A DNA stretch of 29,097 nucleotides from a candidate division FCPU426 bacterium (GTDB taxonomy: Bacteria; Oederibacteriota; JAAXVQ01; JAUVAV01): the NCBI GenBank assembly GCA_030637655.1, contig DAOWGI010000073.1:1-29097 (forward strand). The letters are read 5' to 3'. A model generated the notes under the pieces. The model saw only the letters and a program-made list of their open reading frames with translations. It had not been told where the DNA came from and made no database searches. Positions 21,188-29,097 of this stretch are shown piece after piece. How positions within the stretch are numbered: the first letter of the stretch is position 1; each line of letters starts with the position of its first letter. A program made the position numbers and the translations under genes.

Positions 21188-22708
21188 ATGACAGCTAAAA
21201 ATACGCCGCCAATAACGACTGGCATCAAATCCAAACGAGGCTTGCGCTATAAATTTGGGTTGTCCATTACGCTTCTGATAACTACTACTATTATTTTTAT
21301 CAGCTTTTTCGCCCTGAAAGGTGAAGAACAAGCCCTGCGCGCGGAAATAGAACAGCGCGGTATTACCATTTCTAAAAATATGGCAGTCAATGCCGTCAAA
21401 CCATTATTGCGTGGTGAAATTCTGCCTTTGGCCTCTTTGGTTAAGGATGCCATGGGGAATAAAGGTGTTATGTACGCCTTACTGGTGGACGAGAATGGCA
21501 TGATTGTGGCACACAACAATATTGCTGAATCCGGTAAATTCTACGAACGGCCGGTCTGTGTTCTGCCCCTGGAACATCAAACCATCGCGATTTCCAGAGT
21601 CTTCCAGTTTGAAAAAGTCAAAACTGTGGATATTGCCATTCCGATTCTGCTGCAGAATCAAGCCAAATTGGGGGAAGCCCATATTGGTCTGTCACAATCC
21701 ATTATTGAAGAAGTCATACAGGAAGCTGTAATGCAGATTGTGTTCATTGCCTTGGGTTTTATTATTACAGGTATTATTGTGACCTTGATTTTGGTAAGTA
21801 TTATTGTGCAACCTATTCGTGCTTTGGAAGCCGGCGCGCATATTATTGGTCAAGGTAACTTGGATTACACTATTAAAGTGAAAAGCCGGGATGAAATCGG
21901 TAATTTGGCCCGAACCTTTAATAAGATGACCGGTGACTTGAAAACCGCTCAAAAGCACCTGATTGAAAAAGAGAAGTTGGAACAAGAATTGGAAACTGCG
22001 CGTAAAATTCAAACTGTGCTTCTGCCCAAAGAAGATCCTGAAATTGAAGGATATCAAATAGTTTCTTTTTATAAGTCCGCCAAGGAAGTGGGTGGAGATT
22101 ATTATGATTTTCATCAAGTGAAAGACAATTTGCTGGGACTGACGGTAGCGGATGTTTCCGGGAAAGGAATTCCCGGCTGTTTGGGAATGGTGATGACCCG
22201 TAGTATTTTGCGTTCCCAAATTTATTTGGCAGACGCCTATACTATAATCTCAAAGACCAATGCCTTGCTTTATAAAGATATCAAACGGGGCATGTTTGTA
22301 ACCATGTTTTTTGCGTTGCTGGACATCAATAAAAAAACGTTGAATGTCGCCAATGCCGGGCATAATCCGCTTATTGTTGGGCATAGGGATGGTAAAGTGG
22401 AAATGTTTAATCCACCGGGCATTGCCTTGGGGTTGGACAAAGGAATCCGTTTTGACAATAAAACCAAAGCAGTGGACATTCAATTGAATTCAGGAGACGT
22501 GTTTGTTATGTACACTGATGGTGTGACTGAAGCGATGAATCCACAGGCAAAAGAGTTTACGGAAGAGCGTTTGGCTGAAGTTGTTGGGAAAAACGTGCAG
22601 CTAAATGCGCAGGAGATAAATGATATAATTATTAATGAATTGATGGATTTTACGGCCGGGGCACCCCAACATGATGACATTACGCTGTTAACTGTAAAAA
22701 TCAATTAA
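21188..22708 (+). CDS. Membrane PP2C/SpoIIE phosphatase (RsbU-like) with extracytoplasmic sensor and HAMP domains
   Basis: Two TM segments, HAMP (PIRAL...SRDEIGNLARTFNKM), ELETARKIQ, EVGGDYYD, VADVSGKG, NAGH, YTDGVTE, DDIT. Confidence 0.93.
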   Translation: MTAKNTPPITTGIKSKRGLRYKFGLSITLLITTTIIFISFFALKGEEQALRAEIEQRGITISKNMAVNAVKPLLRGEILPLASLVKDAMGNKGVMYALLVDENGMIVAHNNIAESGKFYERPVCVLPLEHQTIAISRVFQFEKVKTVDIAIPILLQNQAKLGEAHIGLSQSIIEEVIQEAVMQIVFIALGFIITGIIVTLILVSIIVQPIRALEAGAHIIGQGNLDYTIKVKSRDEIGNLARTFNKMTGDLKTAQKHLIEKEKLEQELETARKIQTVLLPKEDPEIEGYQIVSFYKSAKEVGGDYYDFHQVKDNLLGLTVADVSGKGIPGCLGMVMTRSILRSQIYLADAYTIISKTNALLYKDIKRGMFVTMFFALLDINKKTLNVANAGHNPLIVGHRDGKVEMFNPPGIALGLDKGIRFDNKTKAVDIQLNSGDVFVMYTDGVTEAMNPQAKEFTEERLAEVVGKNVQLNAQEINDIIINELMDFTAGAPQHDDITLLTVKIN

Positions 22709-22785
22709 TCTATAAAAAAATACTTTCGTTGTAAGGGTTTTTATGATAAGCTGGCTGCCAAATGTAAGTAGGTGGAGGTGTGTGA

Positions 22786-23148
22786 ATGAAGAAGATTAGT
22801 GTTAACGCGCAAAACTCAGCGGTGAATGCTGAATGTACTCTTATCGATGTGGAAGGCTTCCTGGATGCCTATACGGTGGCTGAGCTGGAGGAGACTTTCA
22901 ATCGTCTTATTAAAGAGAAAAAATTCAAACTCATCGTAAATCTGGCAAAATTGGACTACATTAGTAGCGCTGGTTTGGGGATATTTATGGGAGTCATCGA
23001 TGAGATAAGGGATAATGACGGTGATATCATATTGATCAATCTTTCACCAAAAATATACAAAGTATTTGATCTTCTGGGCTTTTCAGAATTGTTCGAGATC
23101 ATGGACAACGAAGCTGCTGCGGTTGCGAAATTTATGGAAGTTCAGTAA
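22786..23148 (+). CDS. STAS-domain anti-sigma factor antagonist (RsbV/SpoIIAA-like)
   Basis: G.LDAYT, LDYISSAGLG phospho-Ser motif, VFDLLGF. GGAGGTG RBS. Confidence 0.93.
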   Translation: MKKISVNAQNSAVNAECTLIDVEGFLDAYTVAELEETFNRLIKEKKFKLIVNLAKLDYISSAGLGIFMGVIDEIRDNDGDIILINLSPKIYKVFDLLGFSELFEIMDNEAAAVAKFMEVQ

Positions 23149-23279
23149 TTTGTTGGGGCATTGTTCTCCCTCCTGGATAAAAAATCTCCTTACCGCAGGT
23201 ACGAATGAGACGGACTTCAATCATATGGTGCGTAAAAAACGGTATACGATAGGGGATAAATACGAGTAGGAATAGAACT

Positions 23280-24149
23280 ATGGATGTTCATCATTTTGCA
23301 GTTAAAATTAATACGGCGGAAGTGTTGTCCGGAGAACCGTTTGCCATGGTTATTGAGGCGCAGGACGCCGGCAATAATCCGGTTCAGGACTACAGCGGTT
23401 ATTCACACTTAATCGTTGACAAAGGTATGATTTCGCCGGTTTTGGCTCAGAATTTTGAAAAGGGTATTTGGAAAGACAAGGTCATTGTTACCGGACTTGG
23501 GAAGATCAAGATTCGTGTTTGGGATGAGCAATGCACCGGTGAAGTCGGCCTGAAGGTTATTGAAAAGGGAGAATTAGTCAATTTTCCCATCGAAATTAAG
23601 TGTCCCGGTTGCTGTGAGACCAATATTGCCGGAAAAATCGAGGTTTTTCGTTGTATCCATTGTAACGAAATATATTATGTTGATAAATTCGGGCATGTTA
23701 TTTCTTTGAAACACGGTAAGCACAGCGACATTGGATATGTCAAGCATTTGGAGTTTAAAATGCCGAGCGATGTGAATTATCTCAATCATGTCCGCAATTT
23801 TATTGTTGGAATATCCTGCGAAGAAAATATTGAACAAGAAAAAATTGCTCAAATAGAGATGTCCCTGGATGAAGCTTTAGCAAACGTGGTGGAGCACGCG
23901 TATTCCTTTGATCCGTATCAGGAAATACAAGTGGAAGCTTGGTTGTATGCTGATAAACTCGAAATTGTAATACGGGATCATGGCCGTTCCTTTGACAGTG
24001 AGAATACTCCCTTACCGGATTTAAAAAAGCATATCGAAGAACGCAGCGTGGGAGGGCTGGGCCGGTATTTGATCATGAAGTTTATGGATGATGTGAAATA
24101 TTGCAGTACCGGACATACCAATGAATTGTGGATGGTAAAGCGGTTTTAA
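23280..24149 (+). CDS. RsbW-type Ser kinase/anti-sigma (HATPase_c_2) with N-terminal Ig-like and Cys4 zinc-ribbon domains
   Basis: C-terminal DEALANVVEHAY (N box), IRDHGRSFD (G1), GGLGRYLI (G2). Central CPGC-x12-CIHC. N-terminal beta-rich GEPF..VIEAQD..NN.V.DYSG segment. Confidence 0.85.
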   Translation: MDVHHFAVKINTAEVLSGEPFAMVIEAQDAGNNPVQDYSGYSHLIVDKGMISPVLAQNFEKGIWKDKVIVTGLGKIKIRVWDEQCTGEVGLKVIEKGELVNFPIEIKCPGCCETNIAGKIEVFRCIHCNEIYYVDKFGHVISLKHGKHSDIGYVKHLEFKMPSDVNYLNHVRNFIVGISCEENIEQEKIAQIEMSLDEALANVVEHAYSFDPYQEIQVEAWLYADKLEIVIRDHGRSFDSENTPLPDLKKHIEERSVGGLGRYLIMKFMDDVKYCSTGHTNELWMVKRF

Positions 24150-24167
24150 AAAAGAGGTGTTGTTCTC

Positions 24168-25589
24168 TTGTTTGATTTAAAAAATCCTTTCTTACAGCGG
24201 AGCAATTTTTTGCTTATTTTGTATGGCAGCCTGATCCTGATTATCGGATTGTTGTTTATGACTTTTTTGGGTCTGCGCATGCTGGATACTCAGATAGGCA
24301 TTTTGTTTTCCGCGGTCGGTATTGCCTTGATTTTGCTTACTGCTTTTATCAACTACCTGATGTTTTCGCAATTGTTCAAACCGATACAAGTCCTGATTCG
24401 TGAAACTGAAGAAACCCTGCAAGGGATGCGCAAGGGCGGTATCTCGTTGGTGCGGGACGATGAAATCGGTTTGTTGGCTAATAATTTCAATCAAATCGTG
24501 CTGGACGCGCAAATGAAGCGAATGGAATTGGAAACCTCAAACCGTGAATTGGCAAAACATGCTGAGATTATCGAAAAAACATATCGAGAGTTGGATAAAA
24601 AGGTCTACGATTTATTTACCCTGTTTAATATTGGCAAAGAGTTAAATTCCACGCTCTCGGTGGAATCAATTTTGAAGATTAGCTGTTTTACCTCTATGGG
24701 TCAATTGGGAATTACCGCTATGACGATTGTTTTCTTGGAAGATGAAGAAGATGAATGTGTCATGAATAAAGTTTATATGAAGGGTCTGCGCAAAGATACG
24801 GAACGGCCGAATACCTTGAAAACCAGTGGAGATTTTTTGGATTTCTTGCGCTTGAACGAGCAGTCCGTGTTGTTTGCGATTTTGGAAGAAAAACCGGAAT
24901 TCAAGCATGAAATTGATTTCTTCAACGCGTATAAAGCCCATCTGATTGCACCCTTGCTGGCCCAGGATCAAATTATCGGTGTGATGATTTTGGGAAAAAA
25001 AATGTCCGGGGAAGAGTTTGTCCAAGGAGAAAAGGATTTTATCAACACCCTGGCATCGATGTCCGCTCTGGCGCTGCGCAATGCCAGACATTATGAACAG
25101 GCCATTACGGATGCGATGACTAAATTGTTCTTGAAACGGTATTTTCAATTACGTCTGGGCGATGAAATCAAGCGGGCGGATAGATATCACAACAAAATGA
25201 CGCTCATGATGGCGGATATTGATTATTTTAAGAGGGTTAACGATACGTATGGGCATACCAAAGGAGACGAGGTTTTGATTGCCGTGGCGAAGGTCATTAA
25301 AGAAAATTTTCGTGATGTGGATATTACGGCCCGTTACGGTGGTGAAGAATTTACCTGCATTATGCCGGAAGTGTCCAAAGAAGAGGCCTTGATACCTGCC
25401 GAACGTTTGCGCAAAGCTGTGGAAGCGATTCCTTTTTTATTGAATGGTGTGAATGTCACAGTGACCATATCCATTGGCCTGGCAGAATATTCTGGTGATG
25501 CTCAAACTCCATTGCTGTTGATTGAGGCAGCGGATGCAGCTTTGTATCGCTCGAAGGAGAATGGGCGTAACCAAATCACTCTGGCCTAA
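24168..25589 (+). CDS. Membrane diguanylate cyclase (2TM-HAMP-coiled coil-GAF-GGDEF)
   Basis: TM hairpin, RDDEIGLLA..FN, GAF (LIAPL...IIGVMILG...ALALRNA), TDAMT, DIDYFKRVNDTYGH..GD, RDVD I-site, RYGGEEF. TTG start after AGAGGTG. Confidence 0.92.
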   Translation: MFDLKNPFLQRSNFLLILYGSLILIIGLLFMTFLGLRMLDTQIGILFSAVGIALILLTAFINYLMFSQLFKPIQVLIRETEETLQGMRKGGISLVRDDEIGLLANNFNQIVLDAQMKRMELETSNRELAKHAEIIEKTYRELDKKVYDLFTLFNIGKELNSTLSVESILKISCFTSMGQLGITAMTIVFLEDEEDECVMNKVYMKGLRKDTERPNTLKTSGDFLDFLRLNEQSVLFAILEEKPEFKHEIDFFNAYKAHLIAPLLAQDQIIGVMILGKKMSGEEFVQGEKDFINTLASMSALALRNARHYEQAITDAMTKLFLKRYFQLRLGDEIKRADRYHNKMTLMMADIDYFKRVNDTYGHTKGDEVLIAVAKVIKENFRDVDITARYGGEEFTCIMPEVSKEEALIPAERLRKAVEAIPFLLNGVNVTVTISIGLAEYSGDAQTPLLLIEAADAALYRSKENGRNQITLA

Positions 25590-25592
25590 GCA

Positions 25593-26294
25593 ATGATGAC
25601 CCGCCGTCGAACCCCCAAGAAAAAACCAAAAAGCAAACCCAGCGCACCGCGTCCCTGGGGAAAATGGATCGTTGGCGGATTGTTGTTGATCCCGAACATC
25701 GTGGCAACCCTGGTGTTTGTCAACCACCTGTCCCGTTTTACCTTCAGCACACCGATCCAGTTGGCAATAGTGACCGGAGCCGGTGTTTATTTTGTTATGC
25801 ATTTACTTTTGTGGAAACCTATTTTTATGCATGTGATGGGACATGAGTTGACGCATGCCTTTTGGGCGGTTGTTTTGGGGGGGAAAATAAAATCATTGCT
25901 GGTTTCCCGCGAGGGTGGTCAAGTCACGCTTTCCAAGACCAATTTTTTTATTGCTTTAGCTCCGTATTTTTTTCCGTTGTATACTTTTTTATTGCTGCCG
26001 ATTTATTTTATCGCGGCCGCCAAGTTTTATCCGGTACTCTCCTTTTTTATCGGATTTACTCATGCCTTCCATTTCGCGCTGACCGTGCATTCGCTGAGAG
26101 ATCAACAAAGTGACATTATCCAGGTGGGGGTGTTTTTCTCGCTCTCATTTGTGTATTTAATGAATATTTTAGTGTTGGTCATTGTCTTGGCGGTGGTTAC
26201 GCCGGAAGTGATAGGGCTGGGTGAATTCTTTAGGGAAATGTGGGGATTATTTTTGAAATTTGTATTTTGGGTAACCGATCGGCTGGCACAGTAG
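25593..26294 (+). CDS. M50-like (site-2 type) membrane metallopeptidase
   Basis: Multiple TM segments, HELTH (HExxH), EGGQV, IALAPY, downstream SD. Confidence 0.72.
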   Translation: MMTRRRTPKKKPKSKPSAPRPWGKWIVGGLLLIPNIVATLVFVNHLSRFTFSTPIQLAIVTGAGVYFVMHLLLWKPIFMHVMGHELTHAFWAVVLGGKIKSLLVSREGGQVTLSKTNFFIALAPYFFPLYTFLLLPIYFIAAAKFYPVLSFFIGFTHAFHFALTVHSLRDQQSDIIQVGVFFSLSFVYLMNILVLVIVLAVVTPEVIGLGEFFREMWGLFLKFVFWVTDRLAQ

Positions 26295-26360
26295 GGGCAC
26301 AGCCCCCGACCGGAGAGGAATATCGATATGGGATTCCCTTCGGTTATGCTGTGCCCCTAC
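26291..26360. repeat. GTAG-REP palindrome carrying a variant of the small cassette (reverse orientation) in its loop
   Basis: Perfect 13-bp arms GTAGGGGCACAGC (26291-26303) and GCTGTGCCCCTAC (26348-26360). Reverse complement of 26304-26343 is CCGAAGGGAATCCCATATCGATATTCCTCTCCGGTCGGGG. Confidence 0.85.
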
Positions 26361-26379
26361 GTATAAATAAGGAGTAAAT

Positions 26380-28014
26380 ATGCTTTGGCGTAATTGTGTG
26401 CTGAGTATTGTCGGCGGTCTAATGGCTACCTTTGCTTTCCCAAATCCGCTCTGGATTGAGCTTTCCTGGCCAGGTGGTTTTTTTGCGTTTGTGTGTCTGG
26501 TGCCTTTGCTGGCTATTCGGGAACCGGGAAAAGGTTTCAAAACCTGGCGCTGGGGATTACTGTACGGTTTTGTGTATTTTGGCACATCCATTTTTTGGAT
26601 GGCATCCATGAAGTCCATGTGGCCTTTGAGTCCTTTAGCCTGGTTTTTATTATCCCTCTATATGTCTTTTTACCCGGCGGTTTTTTTATGGGGATATCAT
26701 CGATTATTACAGCGCGGTATTCCCGGATTTAGTTTGGTTATTGTGCTCTGGATGAGCTTGGAATTTTTGCGCAATTATGTCATTTCCGGCTTTCCCTGGG
26801 TAGTGCTGGGGTATGCGCATTATCATAACAGTCTGCTCATGGCATTTGCTCCGGTAGCAGGTGTGTGGGGACTTAGTTTCATTACGATTGGCATCAATAC
26901 TCTGCTCTATTATCTGCTGGCACGATTTATTCCCAGCTGTCAGGGGCAAGAAATACTGATCTTGGTGACTCCCACTACAGGACAAATTAAAATCCGTTTG
27001 GGTGGCATATTTATTCTCCTGTTCATCTTGAGTGCCGGCGCGGTGTATGAGAAATGGCAGTTTGACCGGACACCGGGTTTGGAAGCTGTCAAGGTCGGAG
27101 TTGTACAAGGAAATATTGATCAAAATCAGGCCTGGGACCAGGAATACATAGAACAGACTTTGGCTACCTATTCCAGCTTGATTGAAACAGCAGTGCAGGA
27201 AAAAGCGCGACTGGTAGTCTGGCCGGAGACTGCCTTTCCGGGAATTTTTAACTATGATTATCATATTGTTGAAAAAGTCAGAAGCTTGTCCAGACGCTGG
27301 AATCTGACGCAGTTGGTCGGCGCGGATGAGGTGAAAACCTCGGAACAGGAAGGCTATGATTATTACAATTCGCTATTTTTGTTAAACCCAGCCGGAAAAA
27401 TACAGGGAAAAGTGTCCAAAGTACATTTAGTGCCTTTTGGTGAATATATTCCTTACAAAGATTCTGTTTTTTTCTTTATTCATAAAGTTGTGCGACGGTA
27501 TGGTGGCGCGGGTTTTACACCCGGAAAAAAACGGGCGGTATTACTCTGGCAAGAAAACAACCGCTCCATTCCCATCGGTGCTCTAATTTGTTTTGAAAGC
27601 CTTTTTCCCCGCTATGCCGCTCAATTGTGTCGGATGGGTGCTGAACTGTTGGTGGTCATTACCAATGATACCTGGTTCGGTAAGTCGGCAGCAGCTGCTC
27701 AACATGCCATTTTTTCGGCTTTACGGGCAGCAGAGACAGGACGCTACTTGCTACGGGCGGCTACCGGCGGGGTATCGGTAATATACGGTCCTCGTGGCCG
27801 TCTGCGCAAAAAAATCGATTTATATACGCTGGGACAGATCGTGGATGAAATTCAACCCTATCGCCGTTTGACGCTCTATTCGCGATTTGGTAATTGGATT
27901 TGCTGGATTTGTCTATTTGTGTTATTCTTGGATTTCTTACCTGTAATATGGGAAAGATTTCGTTATACTTGGGGTGAAAATATACGGGGTATGTTCAAAA
28001 AAAAACCTAGTTAA
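26380..28014 (+). CDS. lnt: Apolipoprotein N-acyltransferase
   Basis: GFPW..LGY, VQGNI, VWPETA (Glu), K.HLVPFGEY (Lys), ICFES (Cys), TNDTWFG, QH, RAAE. Confidence 0.95.
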   Translation: MLWRNCVLSIVGGLMATFAFPNPLWIELSWPGGFFAFVCLVPLLAIREPGKGFKTWRWGLLYGFVYFGTSIFWMASMKSMWPLSPLAWFLLSLYMSFYPAVFLWGYHRLLQRGIPGFSLVIVLWMSLEFLRNYVISGFPWVVLGYAHYHNSLLMAFAPVAGVWGLSFITIGINTLLYYLLARFIPSCQGQEILILVTPTTGQIKIRLGGIFILLFILSAGAVYEKWQFDRTPGLEAVKVGVVQGNIDQNQAWDQEYIEQTLATYSSLIETAVQEKARLVVWPETAFPGIFNYDYHIVEKVRSLSRRWNLTQLVGADEVKTSEQEGYDYYNSLFLLNPAGKIQGKVSKVHLVPFGEYIPYKDSVFFFIHKVVRRYGGAGFTPGKKRAVLLWQENNRSIPIGALICFESLFPRYAAQLCRMGAELLVVITNDTWFGKSAAAAQHAIFSALRAAETGRYLLRAATGGVSVIYGPRGRLRKKIDLYTLGQIVDEIQPYRRLTLYSRFGNWICWICLFVLFLDFLPVIWERFRYTWGENIRGMFKKKPS

Positions 28015-28032
28015 AGAGTAAGGGAGAACCAT

Positions 28033-28959
28033 ATGGATATTGTGATCGTGGGTTCAGTTGCGCTGGATGATGTGCGTACACCGGCCGGTGAAGTAAAAGA
28101 CGCTTTGGGCGGATCGGCTGTGTATTCGTCGCTCTCGGCCGGCTATTATGCCAAACCGGGAATTGTTGGCGTGGTTGGTCAGGATTTTTCAGAGGAGTAT
28201 TTAAAACTTTTAGCATCTCGTCAGGTGGCGTTGGATGGTTTGGAAAAGGCGGATGGCAAGACATTTCACTGGGCAGGATATTATGAGAAAGATATGGGAA
28301 TCGCGTACACAGAAGATACGCATTTGAATGTATTTGCTTCTTTTGTGCCGAAAATACCTACCAATTTTCAAAAGGTACCATTTGTATTTTTGGCCAACAT
28401 TGATCCGGTATTGCAGAGCCAGGTTCTGGATACTATGCAAAATTCCGAATTTGTTCTTTTAGATACCATGAATTTCTGGATCGAGACTAAGCGGGATGAC
28501 CTGATGAAAGTAATTGCGCGCGTGCATATGGTGGTGGTAAATGATGCTGAAGCGCGTCAATTGTCCGGTGAGGATAATTTAATCCAAGCAGCCAAATGGA
28601 TTCAATCCCAAGGGCCGCAGGGTGTTATTATTAAAAAAGGGGAACATGGCGCGGTTATCTTTTGGGAACAAGATATGGGAATTCTACCCGCCTTTCCTGT
28701 GCCGGTCGTAAAAGATCCGACCGGAGCAGGCGATACCTTTGCCGGAGGATTTATTGGCGCTTTGGCGCAACAAAAGAGCGTCAATATCACGACTTTGAAA
28801 TCAGCAGCCGTGGCAGGTACGATTATGGCTTCTTTTACTGTGGAAGATTTTTCCGTGCAACGTTTGCTTGGTCTTGAGAAAAAACAGATTCTGACACGAC
28901 ATGAAAAAATTCAAGATTTAACGAATATTAGGCCGTTTGCCTTAGAGGTATATGAATAG
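28033..28959 (+). CDS. PfkB-family carbohydrate/nucleoside kinase
   Basis: VGSVALD, LGGSA, GVVGQDF, NDAEA, KKGEHG, DPTGAGDTFAGG. Confidence 0.92.
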   Translation: MDIVIVGSVALDDVRTPAGEVKDALGGSAVYSSLSAGYYAKPGIVGVVGQDFSEEYLKLLASRQVALDGLEKADGKTFHWAGYYEKDMGIAYTEDTHLNVFASFVPKIPTNFQKVPFVFLANIDPVLQSQVLDTMQNSEFVLLDTMNFWIETKRDDLMKVIARVHMVVVNDAEARQLSGEDNLIQAAKWIQSQGPQGVIIKKGEHGAVIFWEQDMGILPAFPVPVVKDPTGAGDTFAGGFIGALAQQKSVNITTLKSAAVAGTIMASFTVEDFSVQRLLGLEKKQILTRHEKIQDLTNIRPFALEVYE

Positions 28960-28994
28960 GCGCTTACAAATGAAATTCTTTCAAAAATGGAAAG

Positions 28995-29097
28995 AAAATT
29001 AACCGCCGATGAACGCAAATAAACGCAGATATTTATAGCCTAATGGATAAAAAAGATTTTAATTTGCGTGTATCCGCGTGTATCGGCGGCTAAATTT
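28995..29097. repeat. Inverted repeat built from decamer tandem units (RNACGCRRAT)
   Basis: AAAATTAACCGCCGATGAACGCAAATAAACGCAGAT (28995-29030) versus reverse complement of 29062-29097, AAATTTAGCCGCCGATACACGCGGATACACGCAAAT. Confidence 0.8.

Noticed and set aside
23066-23280. Frameshifted STAS-kinase fusion, or a real 67-aa ORF in the spacer
   Set aside because: STAS is full length with its own stop, the kinase frame has an in-frame TAG at 23250-23252, and no slippery site was noticed.
18999-24167. c-di-GMP riboswitch in the spacers of the signalling cluster
   Set aside because: No GEMM-like GNRA tetraloop/receptor pattern was recognisable by eye. An Rfam scan would settle it.

Overview
Bacterial chromosomal window, almost entirely + strand. 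The lnt gene suggests a diderm organism, but the taxon cannot be determined from this window. From left to right it holds: the tail of a surface-polysaccharide locus (NAD-dependent epimerase, GT2); a DUF2628-like/TPR membrane protein on the - strand; an LhgO-like FAD oxidoreductase; a beta-propeller-repeat lipoprotein; a tRNA cluster (His, Arg, Lys, Leu) leading into tig-clpP-clpX-lon-engB; a class V aminotransferase, serA, purA and tRNA-Lys(TTT); a signalling cluster (exported TPR protein, HAMP-PP2C phosphatase, STAS anti-anti-sigma, Ig-like/Zn-ribbon/RsbW-type kinase, HAMP-GAF-GGDEF cyclase, M50-like peptidase); lnt; and a PfkB kinase. No CRISPR array, rRNA, integrase or transposase was seen. 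The most interesting signals are: (1) a 35-40 bp cassette found three times, each time inside a different palindromic repeat; (2) tRNA-Lys(TTT) whose first base is the last base of the purA stop codon, and tig starting 5 nt after the tRNA-Leu CCA; (3) a partner-switching module with no adjacent sigma factor, an unusual kinase architecture and a diguanylate cyclase as candidate output; (4) several intergenic MITE, REP and tandem-unit inverted repeats. All calls come from reading motifs by eye; no searches were run.
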